Virus record (IMG/VR): IMGVR_UViG_3300047160_018490
Coordinates: 1 to 64,000 of that record
DNA from: a virus
Lineage: Duplodnaviria > Caudoviricetes
DNA length: 64,000 nt
Reading direction: 5' to 3' (one strand)
In this document: one piece after another, positions 34,918 through 43,428 of the stretch
Layout: each line of letters starts with the position of its first letter
How positions within the stretch are numbered: position 1 is the stretch's first letter
Made by a program: the position numbers and the translations under genes
Notes under the pieces: generated by a model
The model's database searches: none
What the model was told of the DNA's origin: nothing
Seen by the model: only the letters and a program-made list of their open reading frames with translations

Positions 34918-36072
34918 CTACTTGAGGATGATGTAGGGACTCACCATAGTGGTTCCATCCTGTAAGGTTATGGCAGATTGAACCTGGGGCTTGCCATCTG
35001 CCCGCAACCAGACCCTGAAGTCGGTCTGGTTTGTCTTGAAGGCTGGTCCCAGAGTGTCTGCATCAATGAGGACTTCCTGCCTCATACCGACTACGTAAAG
35101 CCAGGGATCGAAGAAGATCAGGTCACCAAGAGAGCCCAGGGTGGACAACTTCTCTGTGATGAAGACCGGCCTGGTGAGGAGGCTCCCCACCTGGCCGCCC
35201 TCATCGTTGGCCTCCACGTTCAGGAAGAAGTTGGCCACCTGGATGAGCTGGGCAACACACGCAGGGGAAGAGGCCCAGATGGCGTTCTTCCAGGAGAAAG
35301 GCAACATCGCCGCTGCCATGTTGGCGATATCTACCTGGAGGATCTGGCTTGGTGTGTGCCTGGATACTGTCTTGGCTGCGGGGGCGTTGATGATCCCCAG
35401 AGGCATCTGGTTGGAGGTGCCTGTGCCCTGGAGGAAGGCATATTCCAGATACCACGCTGCCGCCATCCCGAAGAGCTTCAGGAGGTGATCCTCGCCCTCC
35501 GTGTTAGCGTCCTCCAACCAGTCATTAGAGACCGTGGCGTAGCCCAGAAGGTCCCACGCTGTGAGGGGGTCACTCCTGAACTTGGGCTCTGTTTCGGAGG
35601 GGGCTTGCGAGGTGCCCCACTTGAAGATGAGCCCACCGAAGAAGGGAGAGGTGGCTGCCGACTGGGCCGTCTCGGCATCCACCTTTGGACACTCAGTGGT
35701 GAGGGAGCGCATGGGGATCACATGCGCTCGCGGGTAAATGAAGCTGTTCTCGCTGATGGCCTGGAGGAGCTGGTTGGTAAAGTCCGTAGGCACCAGGTAG
35801 CCACCAACGGCACCCGAGGTCTCTCCCATCGCCGCCTTCTGCACCTGGCCGGGAAGGACACGGAAGGGGCTCCGATAGTGCTTCTGGAGGATGTCTTCTC
35901 CAGCCATTCGGGTGGGTTCAGAGAAGGGGTCCCTGGCAGCCCTTACAGCCTTCAGGAAGCCTGTGAAGGACCTCCGGTGGGGAACCTCCAGAGGGGGAGC
36001 GCCAACCGGGCCACCCCCACGAACCAGGGGGGGACGCATGTTTGGCTTCATTGGCAGTGTCGATACGGCCAT
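34918..36072 (-). CDS. HK97-fold major capsid protein, paralog 2
   Basis: KAAMGETSGAVGGYLVPTDF, AFLQGTG..MPLGIINAPA, RVWLRADGKP. Confidence 0.9.
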   Translation of the reverse strand: MAVSTLPMKPNMRPPLVRGGGPVGAPPLEVPHRRSFTGFLKAVRAARDPFSEPTRMAGEDILQKHYRSPFRVLPGQVQKAAMGETSGAVGGYLVPTDFTNQLLQAISENSFIYPRAHVIPMRSLTTECPKVDAETAQSAATSPFFGGLIFKWGTSQAPSETEPKFRSDPLTAWDLLGYATVSNDWLEDANTEGEDHLLKLFGMAAAWYLEYAFLQGTGTSNQMPLGIINAPAAKTVSRHTPSQILQVDIANMAAAMLPFSWKNAIWASSPACVAQLIQVANFFLNVEANDEGGQVGSLLTRPVFITEKLSTLGSLGDLIFFDPWLYVVGMRQEVLIDADTLGPAFKTNQTDFRVWLRADGKPQVQSAITLQDGTTMVSPYIILK

Positions 36073-36254
36073 CAGTCCTTTTTCTTCTCCCTGCGAGCCT
36101 TCAGTTCCTCCTCTAACTCCTTTTCAGAGAGCTGGGAGAGGAGATGCTGTCTGAGATCGTGGGCCCTATCGAGGAACCTCCGTGCCTCCTCTTCAGAGGG
36201 GAGGGAGTCCTTCGGGGAGTTATCCCTGTCGATGCCAAACTTCGCGTGAGCCAA
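36072..36254 (-). CDS. small helical hypothetical protein
   Basis: TGATG-type coupling to capsid paralog 2. Confidence 0.45.
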   Translation of the reverse strand: MAHAKFGIDRDNSPKDSLPSEEEARRFLDRAHDLRQHLLSQLSEKELEEELKARREKKKD

Positions 36255-36277
36255 GGAAACCTCTATCAGAAAGGGAG

Positions 36278-36345
36278 GCTGCTGGGGGGCCTGACACCCA
36301 CCCTCTCCGTGGGGAATGGCCGGACACCACTCTCCCCCCAGCAGC
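36278..36345. other. perfect 12-bp inverted repeat between the two capsid genes
   Basis: GCTGCTGGGGGG (36278-36289) and CCCCCCAGCAGC (36334-36345). Confidence 0.6.
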
Positions 36346-36377
36346 GGAGTCCCTTGAATGTACCCCTTGAGAGGTTC

Positions 36378-37931
36378 TCAGTTTAGCACAACAAACGGCG
36401 AGATCGTCCATCCCGCCTGGTCCGTGATGGCGTTGTTCAGCCAGGGCTTGCCATCGCACCGGGCGATGACCCGCCACGCCAACTGGTTGTTGCGGAAGAG
36501 GTAATGCGGGCTGACATCAATCTGCATGTCCAACCGCATGCCGATGACGTAGCGGCTCCAATCCACCAGCATCACGTCGCCCTTGGTTCCAAGCTGCGGC
36601 AGCTTCTCGGTGAAGAAGACTGGCAAGCCGTTCAAGAAGGCGTTGGGGAGCTTGGAGGCAGCGGGGCCCCTGTCCGTGGTCATCGTGGGATTGACCCACA
36701 CGAGGCGGTTGCCGGCCGGGAAGGACGAGGATGGAGAGGCGGCGTTGCCCCAACCTCCATCGACCATCATCAGGAGCTGAGGCAGCACGCTCTGATGCAT
36801 GATCCAGGCGGCGTCATCCCAGGAGCGCACCTGGAGGTGGGCCAGCATGGTGGCCGCGTCCTGGTAGAGGAAGCGCGAGGACTGGAGGCGGCCCTGGGAG
36901 ATGGTGGCCGGGGCGTTGAGGATGCCCAGAGGCATCGAGGAGCCGGCTCCCTTCCCTTGCAGATAGGCAAACTCCTTGTACCAGGTAATCGCCTGGCCAA
37001 ACAACTGCGTCAAAAGGGCGTCCAGCCCGATGCCGTTGTCTGCCAGGAGCTGGTTGCTGGAGACGCTGTAGAGGACCAGGTCCCACGCGGTCCAGACACT
37101 CTGCTTGAAGGCTGGCTCCGTCTCGTTGATGGTGGCCGCTTCAGGCTGCCACTGGGCCAGGATGCCGCCGAAGTACGGAGAGGTGCCGCTGGCCTGGACA
37201 GTGGTGATGTCCAGCATCGGCCACTCAGCCGTGCGGGAATTCATTGGCACCACCTTGGCGCGGGGCTCGATGAAGCCATCCTCGGCCGCGATGGTAAGCA
37301 GCTCCTGCATGAACTGCGGGGGGATCAGGTATCCACCCGTCTGGCCGGAGCCTTCTGCGAGGGCTGTCTTGCGCCTCTCATTCAGGAGTACCTGCCCATT
37401 GCGATAGGTGGGCACCCCCACAGTGGCAGCCTTGGCAACGGTGACGAAGCCGTGCTGCCTCTCAAACTGCTCCATGCCGTAGTTTTCGCCAAACAGTCCC
37501 TGCGACTTGGCGATGGCCTGGGCATCCTTGTTGCCTGAGAGGGCTGCCATCGAGACCAGGGCCGGGCCGATGCCGGAGATGCGAGGTCTGCCACTCTTCC
37601 GCATCCCGAACAGGTCCACTGCGGCAGGTGAGGTATAGGCCCCACCCAGGGCCTTCAACTGCTCCACCGGCCAATCGCGGTAGGAGGACTGCCGCCACCT
37701 CTCATAGGAGCGGTCGATGTCCCCGATGATGGCACCCGGAGATGGGCCAGCAGGGGTGCGAGCCATCTTCTCAACGGCTTTCTCGATCTGGTCGAGCCGC
37801 TGGAGGGCGAGAAGGTTGATGTCCGCAGGGGGACGAGGGGGCTGCTGGGGCTGGTAGCCAGGACCACCAGGAGGAGCGCCCGCAGGACGGCGCTGGGGCG
37901 GAGGAGGGGTACGAGTTGGGACGGTCGCCAT
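36378..37931 (-). CDS. HK97-fold major capsid protein, paralog 1, with long N-terminal delta/scaffold region
   Basis: KTALAEGSGQTGGYLIPPQF, AYLQGKG..MPLGILNAPA, RVIARCDGKP; strongly GC3-biased codons. Confidence 0.92.
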   Translation of the reverse strand: MATVPTRTPPPPQRRPAGAPPGGPGYQPQQPPRPPADINLLALQRLDQIEKAVEKMARTPAGPSPGAIIGDIDRSYERWRQSSYRDWPVEQLKALGGAYTSPAAVDLFGMRKSGRPRISGIGPALVSMAALSGNKDAQAIAKSQGLFGENYGMEQFERQHGFVTVAKAATVGVPTYRNGQVLLNERRKTALAEGSGQTGGYLIPPQFMQELLTIAAEDGFIEPRAKVVPMNSRTAEWPMLDITTVQASGTSPYFGGILAQWQPEAATINETEPAFKQSVWTAWDLVLYSVSSNQLLADNGIGLDALLTQLFGQAITWYKEFAYLQGKGAGSSMPLGILNAPATISQGRLQSSRFLYQDAATMLAHLQVRSWDDAAWIMHQSVLPQLLMMVDGGWGNAASPSSSFPAGNRLVWVNPTMTTDRGPAASKLPNAFLNGLPVFFTEKLPQLGTKGDVMLVDWSRYVIGMRLDMQIDVSPHYLFRNNQLAWRVIARCDGKPWLNNAITDQAGWTISPFVVLN

Positions 37932-37942
37932 GTTCGGTTCTC

Positions 37943-38123
37943 CGGCAGGATGCCTCCCCGAAGGGTCGGCAGGATGCCCCTAAGAGAGGGGCCAAAAAGA
38001 GAACCCGCGGGCCTGGCAGGGTTGAGGGAACTCTTCGGGAGAAGAAGAGCTTGCCAGGGACCGCGGGTTCATGCCAACTCCTGAGAGCCTTCTCTCAGGT
38101 TGAACCGAACACCCGCTTGCGGG
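37943..38123 (-). promoter_or_regulatory. structured 5' leader/attenuator-like region of the main capsid gene
   Basis: long stem 38001-38020/38050-38070 followed on the minus strand by TCTTTTT; extra hairpins; direct repeat CGGCAGGATGCC x2. Confidence 0.5.
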
Positions 38124-38134
38124 ATAAAGTTAGA

Positions 38135-38320
38135 CTACTTCTCCTTAGCTTTCAGTGTCACCCACTTTGCCGTCACGCTACCATCCTGGAGGTCCAGTTC
38201 CAGGGTCATCCGGCCTGTCACTTTCCTCTCCCTGGCGCCCATGAGGTGCCGGAGGAGGAGGTTGAGGAGGTCCCGGTCTGCCTGGGTCAGTTCTTCCCTG
38301 AGCGCTGGTGTACTCGCCAT
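38135..38320 (-). CDS. small hypothetical protein
   Basis: ATG 38320; helix plus beta-hairpin pattern. Confidence 0.5.
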   Translation of the reverse strand: MASTPALREELTQADRDLLNLLLRHLMGARERKVTGRMTLELDLQDGSVTAKWVTLKAKEK

Positions 38321-38348
38321 ACAGGTTACGGGAGGGAGAGAGCCCTGT

Positions 38349-38795
38349 CTAGACCTCCGAGGGAATGCCAGGACCATCTCCTGAGTGAGCGTCCTCCCGA
38401 AGAGGAGGCTTCTTCACTGCGGCCTTCTCCAGATTGTGAGGATGCCTGGGGTGATCCAGGAAGCGGTTACTGGCGAAGGTGCCTTTCACCAGGTCCTCGA
38501 TGCCCTGGGCGCTCATCTCTCCTTCCCTCCTGGCCACCGGCCTGCCATCAACGAAGACCATGATGGTGGGAAGGGCGTGGACGTTGTACTGCGAGGCCAC
38601 GCTCTCCTGCGCGTCGGTATCCAGCCTGGCAAAGTGCGCCCTCTCCTTCATGGACTCGGCCGCCTCCTTGAAGGCAGGCTCCAGGTTCTTGCAATGAGGA
38701 CACCATTCCGCGAAAAAGTCCACCACGCAGCAGGGGGGCTCCTTGACTGCTTGCTGGAAGCTGGCGGAGTCCAGTTCTTTGACCAGGTCACTCAT
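38349..38795 (-). CDS. thioredoxin-fold protein with WCPHC active site
   Basis: VVDFFAEWCPHC, ARLDTD, ALPTIMVF; AGGAGG RBS. Confidence 0.9.
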   Translation of the reverse strand: MSDLVKELDSASFQQAVKEPPCCVVDFFAEWCPHCKNLEPAFKEAAESMKERAHFARLDTDAQESVASQYNVHALPTIMVFVDGRPVARREGEMSAQGIEDLVKGTFASNRFLDHPRHPHNLEKAAVKKPPLREDAHSGDGPGIPSEV

Positions 38796-38857
38796 GTCTT
38801 CCTCCTACAATTTCCTGATGCCATCGAAGAAGATACCCGGGAGTATCTTGCTCTCGA

Positions 38858-39286
38858 TCATCTCGGCTCCATTCTGCGAAACATCCATACGGGGGTGGAG
38901 TTGGGCATGACTCCCTCCCAGTAGGCTTTGGCACCCAGGTCCATTCGCAGCATGTTCAGGTCGTTCAGGACAGCCTTCATGTTTCCTGCCTTCATTGCGC
39001 TTTGTGCAGCCTGAAGGTGAAGCCAGGGATACCACCTCTCATACATCTCCAGATACCACTCCTGATAGGAACACCCTTCCCAGACCTCCAGCTCCGGCTT
39101 CCAGTGATTCTCCTTGCAGATCCCATACTCCCAATGTTGGTAGTGAAAGCGAAGTTGCAGGATTACGACCTCAGGGGGTGGAAACCTTCCGAGGTCTTCA
39201 ACCTCTACAGGAGGGAGAGAGGATCCCTCCTCACTCCCGGGGGAAGGGAAGAAACTGAGGGCAAGGATGAGGGCAGTGGAGTTCAT
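38858..39286 (-). CDS. hypothetical protein with signal-like N-terminus
   Basis: MNSTALILALSFFP; ATGA coupling. Confidence 0.6.
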   Translation of the reverse strand: MNSTALILALSFFPSPGSEEGSSLPPVEVEDLGRFPPPEVVILQLRFHYQHWEYGICKENHWKPELEVWEGCSYQEWYLEMYERWYPWLHLQAAQSAMKAGNMKAVLNDLNMLRMDLGAKAYWEGVMPNSTPVWMFRRMEPR

Positions 39287-39507
39287 TCCTCTTTCTTCTC
39301 TGCCTCCCCTTGTGTGGGCCTCGATTGCATGCGCGAGAGGATGCCGGCCACCACAGCGTCATCGAGGTTGATTGCCCTTTGGAGGTCGTGGAGGAGCTGC
39401 ATCTGAGAGGCTGTGAAGATGCTTGCACAGGCCACCGGGCGCCCGAAGAGGGTGTCGAAGAGGGCCACGAGCTGCGTCCTCAGTTCAGCCACGGAAAGGG
39501 TTGGCAC
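39283..39507 (-). CDS. hypothetical protein
   Basis: GTG after AGGAG. Confidence 0.55.
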   Translation of the reverse strand: MPTLSVAELRTQLVALFDTLFGRPVACASIFTASQMQLLHDLQRAINLDDAVVAGILSRMQSRPTQGEAEKKEE

Positions 39508-39516
39508 GAGAGGCTC

Positions 39517-39726
39517 CTATTTCACAGGGAAGAAGGCATGTCCGATCAAGACGCCAAGCAAGAGGACGAAGTACAGGAGTAGGAGGGGGTATTTCGCTCC
39601 CAGACTGTGTACGTATCTTGAGAGGGTAGGTGCTCTCTTGGTGGCGTAGGCCCAGCTATCAAAGACCACCAGGAGGGTAATGGCTATCAGGATAATCCAA
39701 CCAGTAAGGACCATCCCTATTACCAC
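39517..39726 (-). CDS. small two-TM membrane protein (holin-like)
   Basis: two hydrophobic helices, 69 aa. Confidence 0.55.
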   Translation of the reverse strand: MVIGMVLTGWIILIAITLLVVFDSWAYATKRAPTLSRYVHSLGAKYPLLLLYFVLLLGVLIGHAFFPVK

Positions 39727-39987
39727 TCAAGCACGCGCCCGGAAGCTCGCTGCTGGTGGCGTGCCAGCCGTAGCCAACCATGTTTGCACATCAGTCTGGA
39801 GCTGGGAGGCAGCAGCCTGGGTGGCGGTGGCGGCCGTAGTCAGGGCCGCCTGGTCAGCAGCCAGTTGCTGCTGGGCGGCGGTCAGGGCCGCCTGGGCCTG
39901 GTTGACCTGGGCGGCGGCCTGCTGCTGGGCGGTAATCGCTGCGTCGAGTGCAGACAGATCGGTCTGCACGTTAGAGGGTACAGACAT
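39727..39987 (-). CDS. Ala/Gln-rich coiled-coil protein
   Basis: AGGAG RBS; heptad pattern. Confidence 0.65.
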   Translation of the reverse strand: MSVPSNVQTDLSALDAAITAQQQAAAQVNQAQAALTAAQQQLAADQAALTTAATATQAAASQLQTDVQTWLATAGTPPAASFRARA

Positions 39988-40192
39988 GGTAATCTCTCCT
40001 GTTGAAGGACCAGTAACTACCTCAGCAGAGGGAAGAGAGGAGAGGTTTCTTGTACCCGGAAGGTTCCCGCACGGTATCCACCTTGCAACCGGGCCCTGAG
40101 TCCTCTCCCTCCCCCAAAAGAGCCAGTACCTCAGATCACGGAACGGAGGATGCCCCCAGGCACTACTCCAACCGAGGTCTGGCCCCTTCTTC

Positions 40193-40591
40193 TCAGCAGC
40201 ACAGGTGTGCCGTGCAGCACTCCACTGCCTTCAGGAGGTGCCCCAGGGTTTCCTGGCAGCACTTCTTGCAGTCGCACTCCTTCTCGCTGCAATGGCACTC
40301 GCAGCACAGGGCGGCGAGAAGGATCTGCCGCTGACAGCAGTGACAGCAGGCATGGCCGTCCTTGCCATCCGGACAGGGGCAGTCGTCCACCATCCCCTGG
40401 AGGTCGGCCTTCGGCGCCGGCTTCAGGTCCCCAATGAGGGCGATGACGAGGTTGACGAAGAGGCTGCCGTACTTGCCAACGAGGGCGAGGACGGCCTGCC
40501 AGTCGATGGCGCCAGTCGGGGTGAGGACTCCGGACTTCAGAAGGTGCTTCTTCTGCGCCTCAGTCAGAGTCAGGGGGACGGCATCAGGCAT
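40193..40591 (-). CDS. protein with Cys/His-rich metal-binding-like C-terminus
   Basis: CPCPDG..HACCHCC...CCECHC..CDCKKCC. Confidence 0.65.
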   Translation of the reverse strand: MPDAVPLTLTEAQKKHLLKSGVLTPTGAIDWQAVLALVGKYGSLFVNLVIALIGDLKPAPKADLQGMVDDCPCPDGKDGHACCHCCQRQILLAALCCECHCSEKECDCKKCCQETLGHLLKAVECCTAHLCC

Positions 40592-40967
40592 GATTCGGCT
40601 CCTTTTCATTGCTGGGAAACATCTGGTTGAAGAGGGAACACACCTCTTGCAAGTGGGCGATGCACACAGGCGAGGCTTGTTGCATGGAGGCTTCTGAGGC
40701 CAGAACCTCCCTCTGCTCCTGAAGGGTCATGTGCCCCCACAGGAGCCAGGTATTCTTGAGGCGGGTGAAGTTGGATAGGCTATGCGCCCTCAGGGTATCC
40801 GGATCGAGGGGGCCAGCACCTTCCAGGCCCAGGTTGGCTGAGGCGATGGCGCGGATCTGCTCCAGGGCCAGGATACGGACTTCCCCCTCCTGCGCGGCAA
40901 CGGTGGCGAGACGCAGGATTGCTGTCATTGCCTCTCTCAGATGGTCGAAGTCTACCTCTTCCATCAT
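40584..40967 (-). CDS. hypothetical protein
   Basis: GGAGG RBS. Confidence 0.5.
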   Translation of the reverse strand: MMEEVDFDHLREAMTAILRLATVAAQEGEVRILALEQIRAIASANLGLEGAGPLDPDTLRAHSLSNFTRLKNTWLLWGHMTLQEQREVLASEASMQQASPVCIAHLQEVCSLFNQMFPSNEKEPNHA

Positions 40968-41119
40968 TCCTCCGTTACCTTCACACACACCTCGGCAGCC
41001 CCTTCGTCCCTGAACTCCTGGGCCACCTCCTCTGCTACCTCCCTGGTAAGGAGCTTCATGAGGAGGCGGGGCTCCTCGTCATCAGGCTCCTGCCCCCAGA
41101 CCTCGTACCAGGTGCTCAT
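40964..41119 (-). CDS. small acidic hypothetical protein
   Basis: ATG 41119 in ATGA overlap. Confidence 0.5.
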   Translation of the reverse strand: MSTWYEVWGQEPDDEEPRLLMKLLTREVAEEVAQEFRDEGAAEVCVKVTEE

Positions 41120-41274
41120 GGATTTCCCTCGATCAAGGGGAGGACACCCTTCCAGAACATCCAGGAGAACAGGAGGAACATGACGAGGAAGAGGAGAGAG
41201 ATCACGAGCACCCTCAGGCAACCGTTCCCCCTCCTGATCGTCTCGTGCATGGGGAACTTTGGCTTCTGTCTCAT
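41116..41274 (-). CDS. small single-TM membrane protein (52 aa)
   Basis: read by eye: MRQKPKF...LRVLVISLLFLVMFLLFSWMFWKG. Confidence 0.55.
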   Translation of the reverse strand: MRQKPKFPMHETIRRGNGCLRVLVISLLFLVMFLLFSWMFWKGVLPLIEGNP

Positions 41275-41302
41275 GGAGGTAACTACCCCCTAAGGCTCAG
41301 TG

Positions 41303-42007
41303 TCAGCCCCCGCATCCACCGCCACCGCAGGAACCACCCGAGCATCCCCCTCCGAAGCTCCCACATCCCCCGAAGGAAGGAGCGCAGCCACCATAGCCAC
41401 AGCCTCCAAACGAGGGGGTGAAGGAGGGGTAGAAGGCTGGCGTAAAGGTGGGGACGTAGTAGGTGGGGGTGCAGCTAGAGCAGGAAGGGCAGGAAGGAGC
41501 TTCCAGGGCCTTCTTGATCTCAGGTCCCTGAGGGGCGCCTGGGAGGTCCGCTGCCCTCACAAGGCCACCATTACCATCCGAGACTCCAAGCACCACCCCA
41601 GGGGCGTAGGCACCAGGGTACGCCTTCACATGGACGTGCTCGTACTCCGGCATGCTCCTCTCCAGGGCGGCCTGACGCTTGTTGACCCAGATCACCAGGG
41701 GGACGTGCCTCTCGACCGCACAGGCCATCGCGTCCTTGAAGTTCCGGTCGCGCGTGAGGGAAGGGCAGTTGGGATCTCCGCACTCCCCCGCCGTGCAGGT
41801 GCAGGAAGGACCACAGCGGCAGGAGAATGCCTTCGGGAAGGTCTTCAAGACCTCGGCAGGAAGAGTAGGTGCCTGTGGGGGCTTCATGGCTTGCGGGGGC
41901 AGCGTGACCTGCGGCAGCGTTCCCGCGGTGAGAGGAAAGGGCTCCACGGCGAGGACAAAGAGGCCAACGAGGAAGAGACAAAAGAAGGTCTTCAATGCTG
42001 TCTTCAT
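41303..42007 (-). CDS. secreted Cys-rich protein with Gly/Cys C-terminal tail
   Basis: signal peptide MKTALKTFFCLFLVGLFVLA; CRCGPSCTCTAGEC; GGCGSFGGGCSGGSCGGGGCGG. Confidence 0.75.
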   Translation of the reverse strand: MKTALKTFFCLFLVGLFVLAVEPFPLTAGTLPQVTLPPQAMKPPQAPTLPAEVLKTFPKAFSCRCGPSCTCTAGECGDPNCPSLTRDRNFKDAMACAVERHVPLVIWVNKRQAALERSMPEYEHVHVKAYPGAYAPGVVLGVSDGNGGLVRAADLPGAPQGPEIKKALEAPSCPSCSSCTPTYYVPTFTPAFYPSFTPSFGGCGYGGCAPSFGGCGSFGGGCSGGSCGGGGCGG

Positions 42008-42008
42008 G

Positions 42009-42185
42009 TTACCTCCCAACGAAGCTGGTAAGGGCAGGACGAGAGGGGTGTGGTGGGTAGTCAGCCCTTTCGCGCACTTTGAAGAGTTGTTCCCACATTC
42101 GGTAAGCGTGACGTACCCGCGACAGGGGGCTCACTCCCTCTGGGGGACGTACTGCTTTCAGGATCTCGCGGCAGTGGCTACTCAT
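42009..42185 (-). CDS. possible small ORF (58 aa)
   Basis: ATGA overlap with the peptidase stop; stop lies 1 nt before the next ATG. Confidence 0.4.
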   Translation of the reverse strand: MSSHCREILKAVRPPEGVSPLSRVRHAYRMWEQLFKVRERADYPPHPSRPALTSFVGR

Positions 42186-42985
42186 GCAGCACTCGCAGTC
42201 ACAGAGATGCAGGCCCAGGCGTCATCCGCGATGAACTTTCTCCACTCCAGGGATCCCATGCCATTTGCACTCCATTTATCTCCCCAGGAGTTCCAGATGC
42301 GCCCCGTCTTCCCAATCTCGACCACATCGACCGCGCATACGGAGTGTGACCACCAGTTATAGTCTACCACAAGGGGCCAGCCCAGGAGCAGGCAGGAGAC
42401 CATCTGCTCTTCCATCTGGGAGGAATCGAGCTGGACCCAGGAAACGTACTTGTGCTTCGCAGCGTTGGCCCAGGTCTGCGGGTTGTCGTTGCTGCGCGAG
42501 GCGCTCTGCTGAGGCCAGAACTGGCTGGTGGGGCATCCCCTCTCCTGCTGGAACTGGATGCCGTCGATGCCGTTCCCACCCTCATCTCTGTAATCTTTGA
42601 TGATGCAGGCCACCGCGTAGGCAGAGAGGTCAGCGTAAGGATCTCCGTCTACAGCCCTGCGGACCAGATGTGCAGACACTCCTGAATGCGCCCAGCAGTA
42701 CCCTCTACCATTCTGGTCACGGCTGGGGATGGGCTGGCCGAACATGCCCCTGTTGCGGACATCGGAGAGCAGGCTCTTGCTGGCCACCAGAGCATCCAGA
42801 CGAGCCTGCCACTCTCCCTTGGGGATGATGGGGAGGGCCAGCTCCCTATAAGTGCGCATCCCTGTGGGAATGCTTCTGTCCCTGGGAATGAGGCCATGAC
42901 GCTGCCTTACACCATCCACTACGGGATTGAAGTGGTCCCGGAAATTGGCGCTGGTGATGAGGACTTCATTGGGCAGGAGCGGCAT
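42182..42985 (-). CDS. papain-like cysteine peptidase (C1-like)
   Basis: RDQNGRGYCWAHS (Gln/Cys), WWSHSV (His), IWNSWG (Asn). Confidence 0.85.
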   Translation of the reverse strand: MPLLPNEVLITSANFRDHFNPVVDGVRQRHGLIPRDRSIPTGMRTYRELALPIIPKGEWQARLDALVASKSLLSDVRNRGMFGQPIPSRDQNGRGYCWAHSGVSAHLVRRAVDGDPYADLSAYAVACIIKDYRDEGGNGIDGIQFQQERGCPTSQFWPQQSASRSNDNPQTWANAAKHKYVSWVQLDSSQMEEQMVSCLLLGWPLVVDYNWWSHSVCAVDVVEIGKTGRIWNSWGDKWSANGMGSLEWRKFIADDAWACISVTASAA

Positions 42986-43175
42986 CGTGGACCTCCATCA
43001 CTTCGATCTTGTAGACCTTGCCAATCTCGAAACGCCGCACCGTCACGTCCGGACCTCGTATGGAAACCCAGCCCAGGATTCCATCTGTCCTCTCCAGTTG
43101 CACCGTAGGACCGTAGTCCTCTGGCCGCCTGGAGATGGCCACACAGAGGTAGGTGGTGAGCAGGGCGCCGTCCAT
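42966..43175 (-). CDS. small hypothetical protein
   Basis: AAGGAG RBS. Confidence 0.5.
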   Translation of the reverse strand: MDGALLTTYLCVAISRRPEDYGPTVQLERTDGILGWVSIRGPDVTVRRFEIGKVYKIEVMEVHDAAPAQ

Positions 43176-43179
43176 ACTC

Positions 43180-43428
43180 TCAGCCTACAGGCTCCTTCCT
43201 CTCCTCTGTAGGGGCGCACCTCTCACTTGTCTCAGGAGGGGGCTTTTCCCCGGGGGGAGGAGAGTAGGGAGTAGGAGGGAGCATAAGCTGGGCTGCAGCC
43301 TCTGCTGCCATGTCGGCAACAATACGCAGCTTCGGGTGGGGTGTAGGCTGAGGCTCGGCTGCGATGGCCTCGATCTGACCAAACACTCTACGGGCATACT
43401 CAACCTGCTGGTAGACGTTCACGATCAA
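43180..43428 (-). CDS. small hypothetical protein
   Basis: GTGA overlap with upstream gene. Confidence 0.5.
   Translation of the reverse strand: MIVNVYQQVEYARRVFGQIEAIAAEPQPTPHPKLRIVADMAAEAAAQLMLPPTPYSPPPGEKPPPETSERCAPTEERKEPVG

Noticed and set aside
36504-37538. 344-aa plus-strand ORF
   Set aside because: Antisense to the main capsid gene; a product of GC3 bias
42009-42185. Possible structured ncRNA between the peptidase and the exported protein
   Set aside because: Better explained by a 58-aa ORF with ATGA coupling at its start and a stop 1 nt before the next ATG
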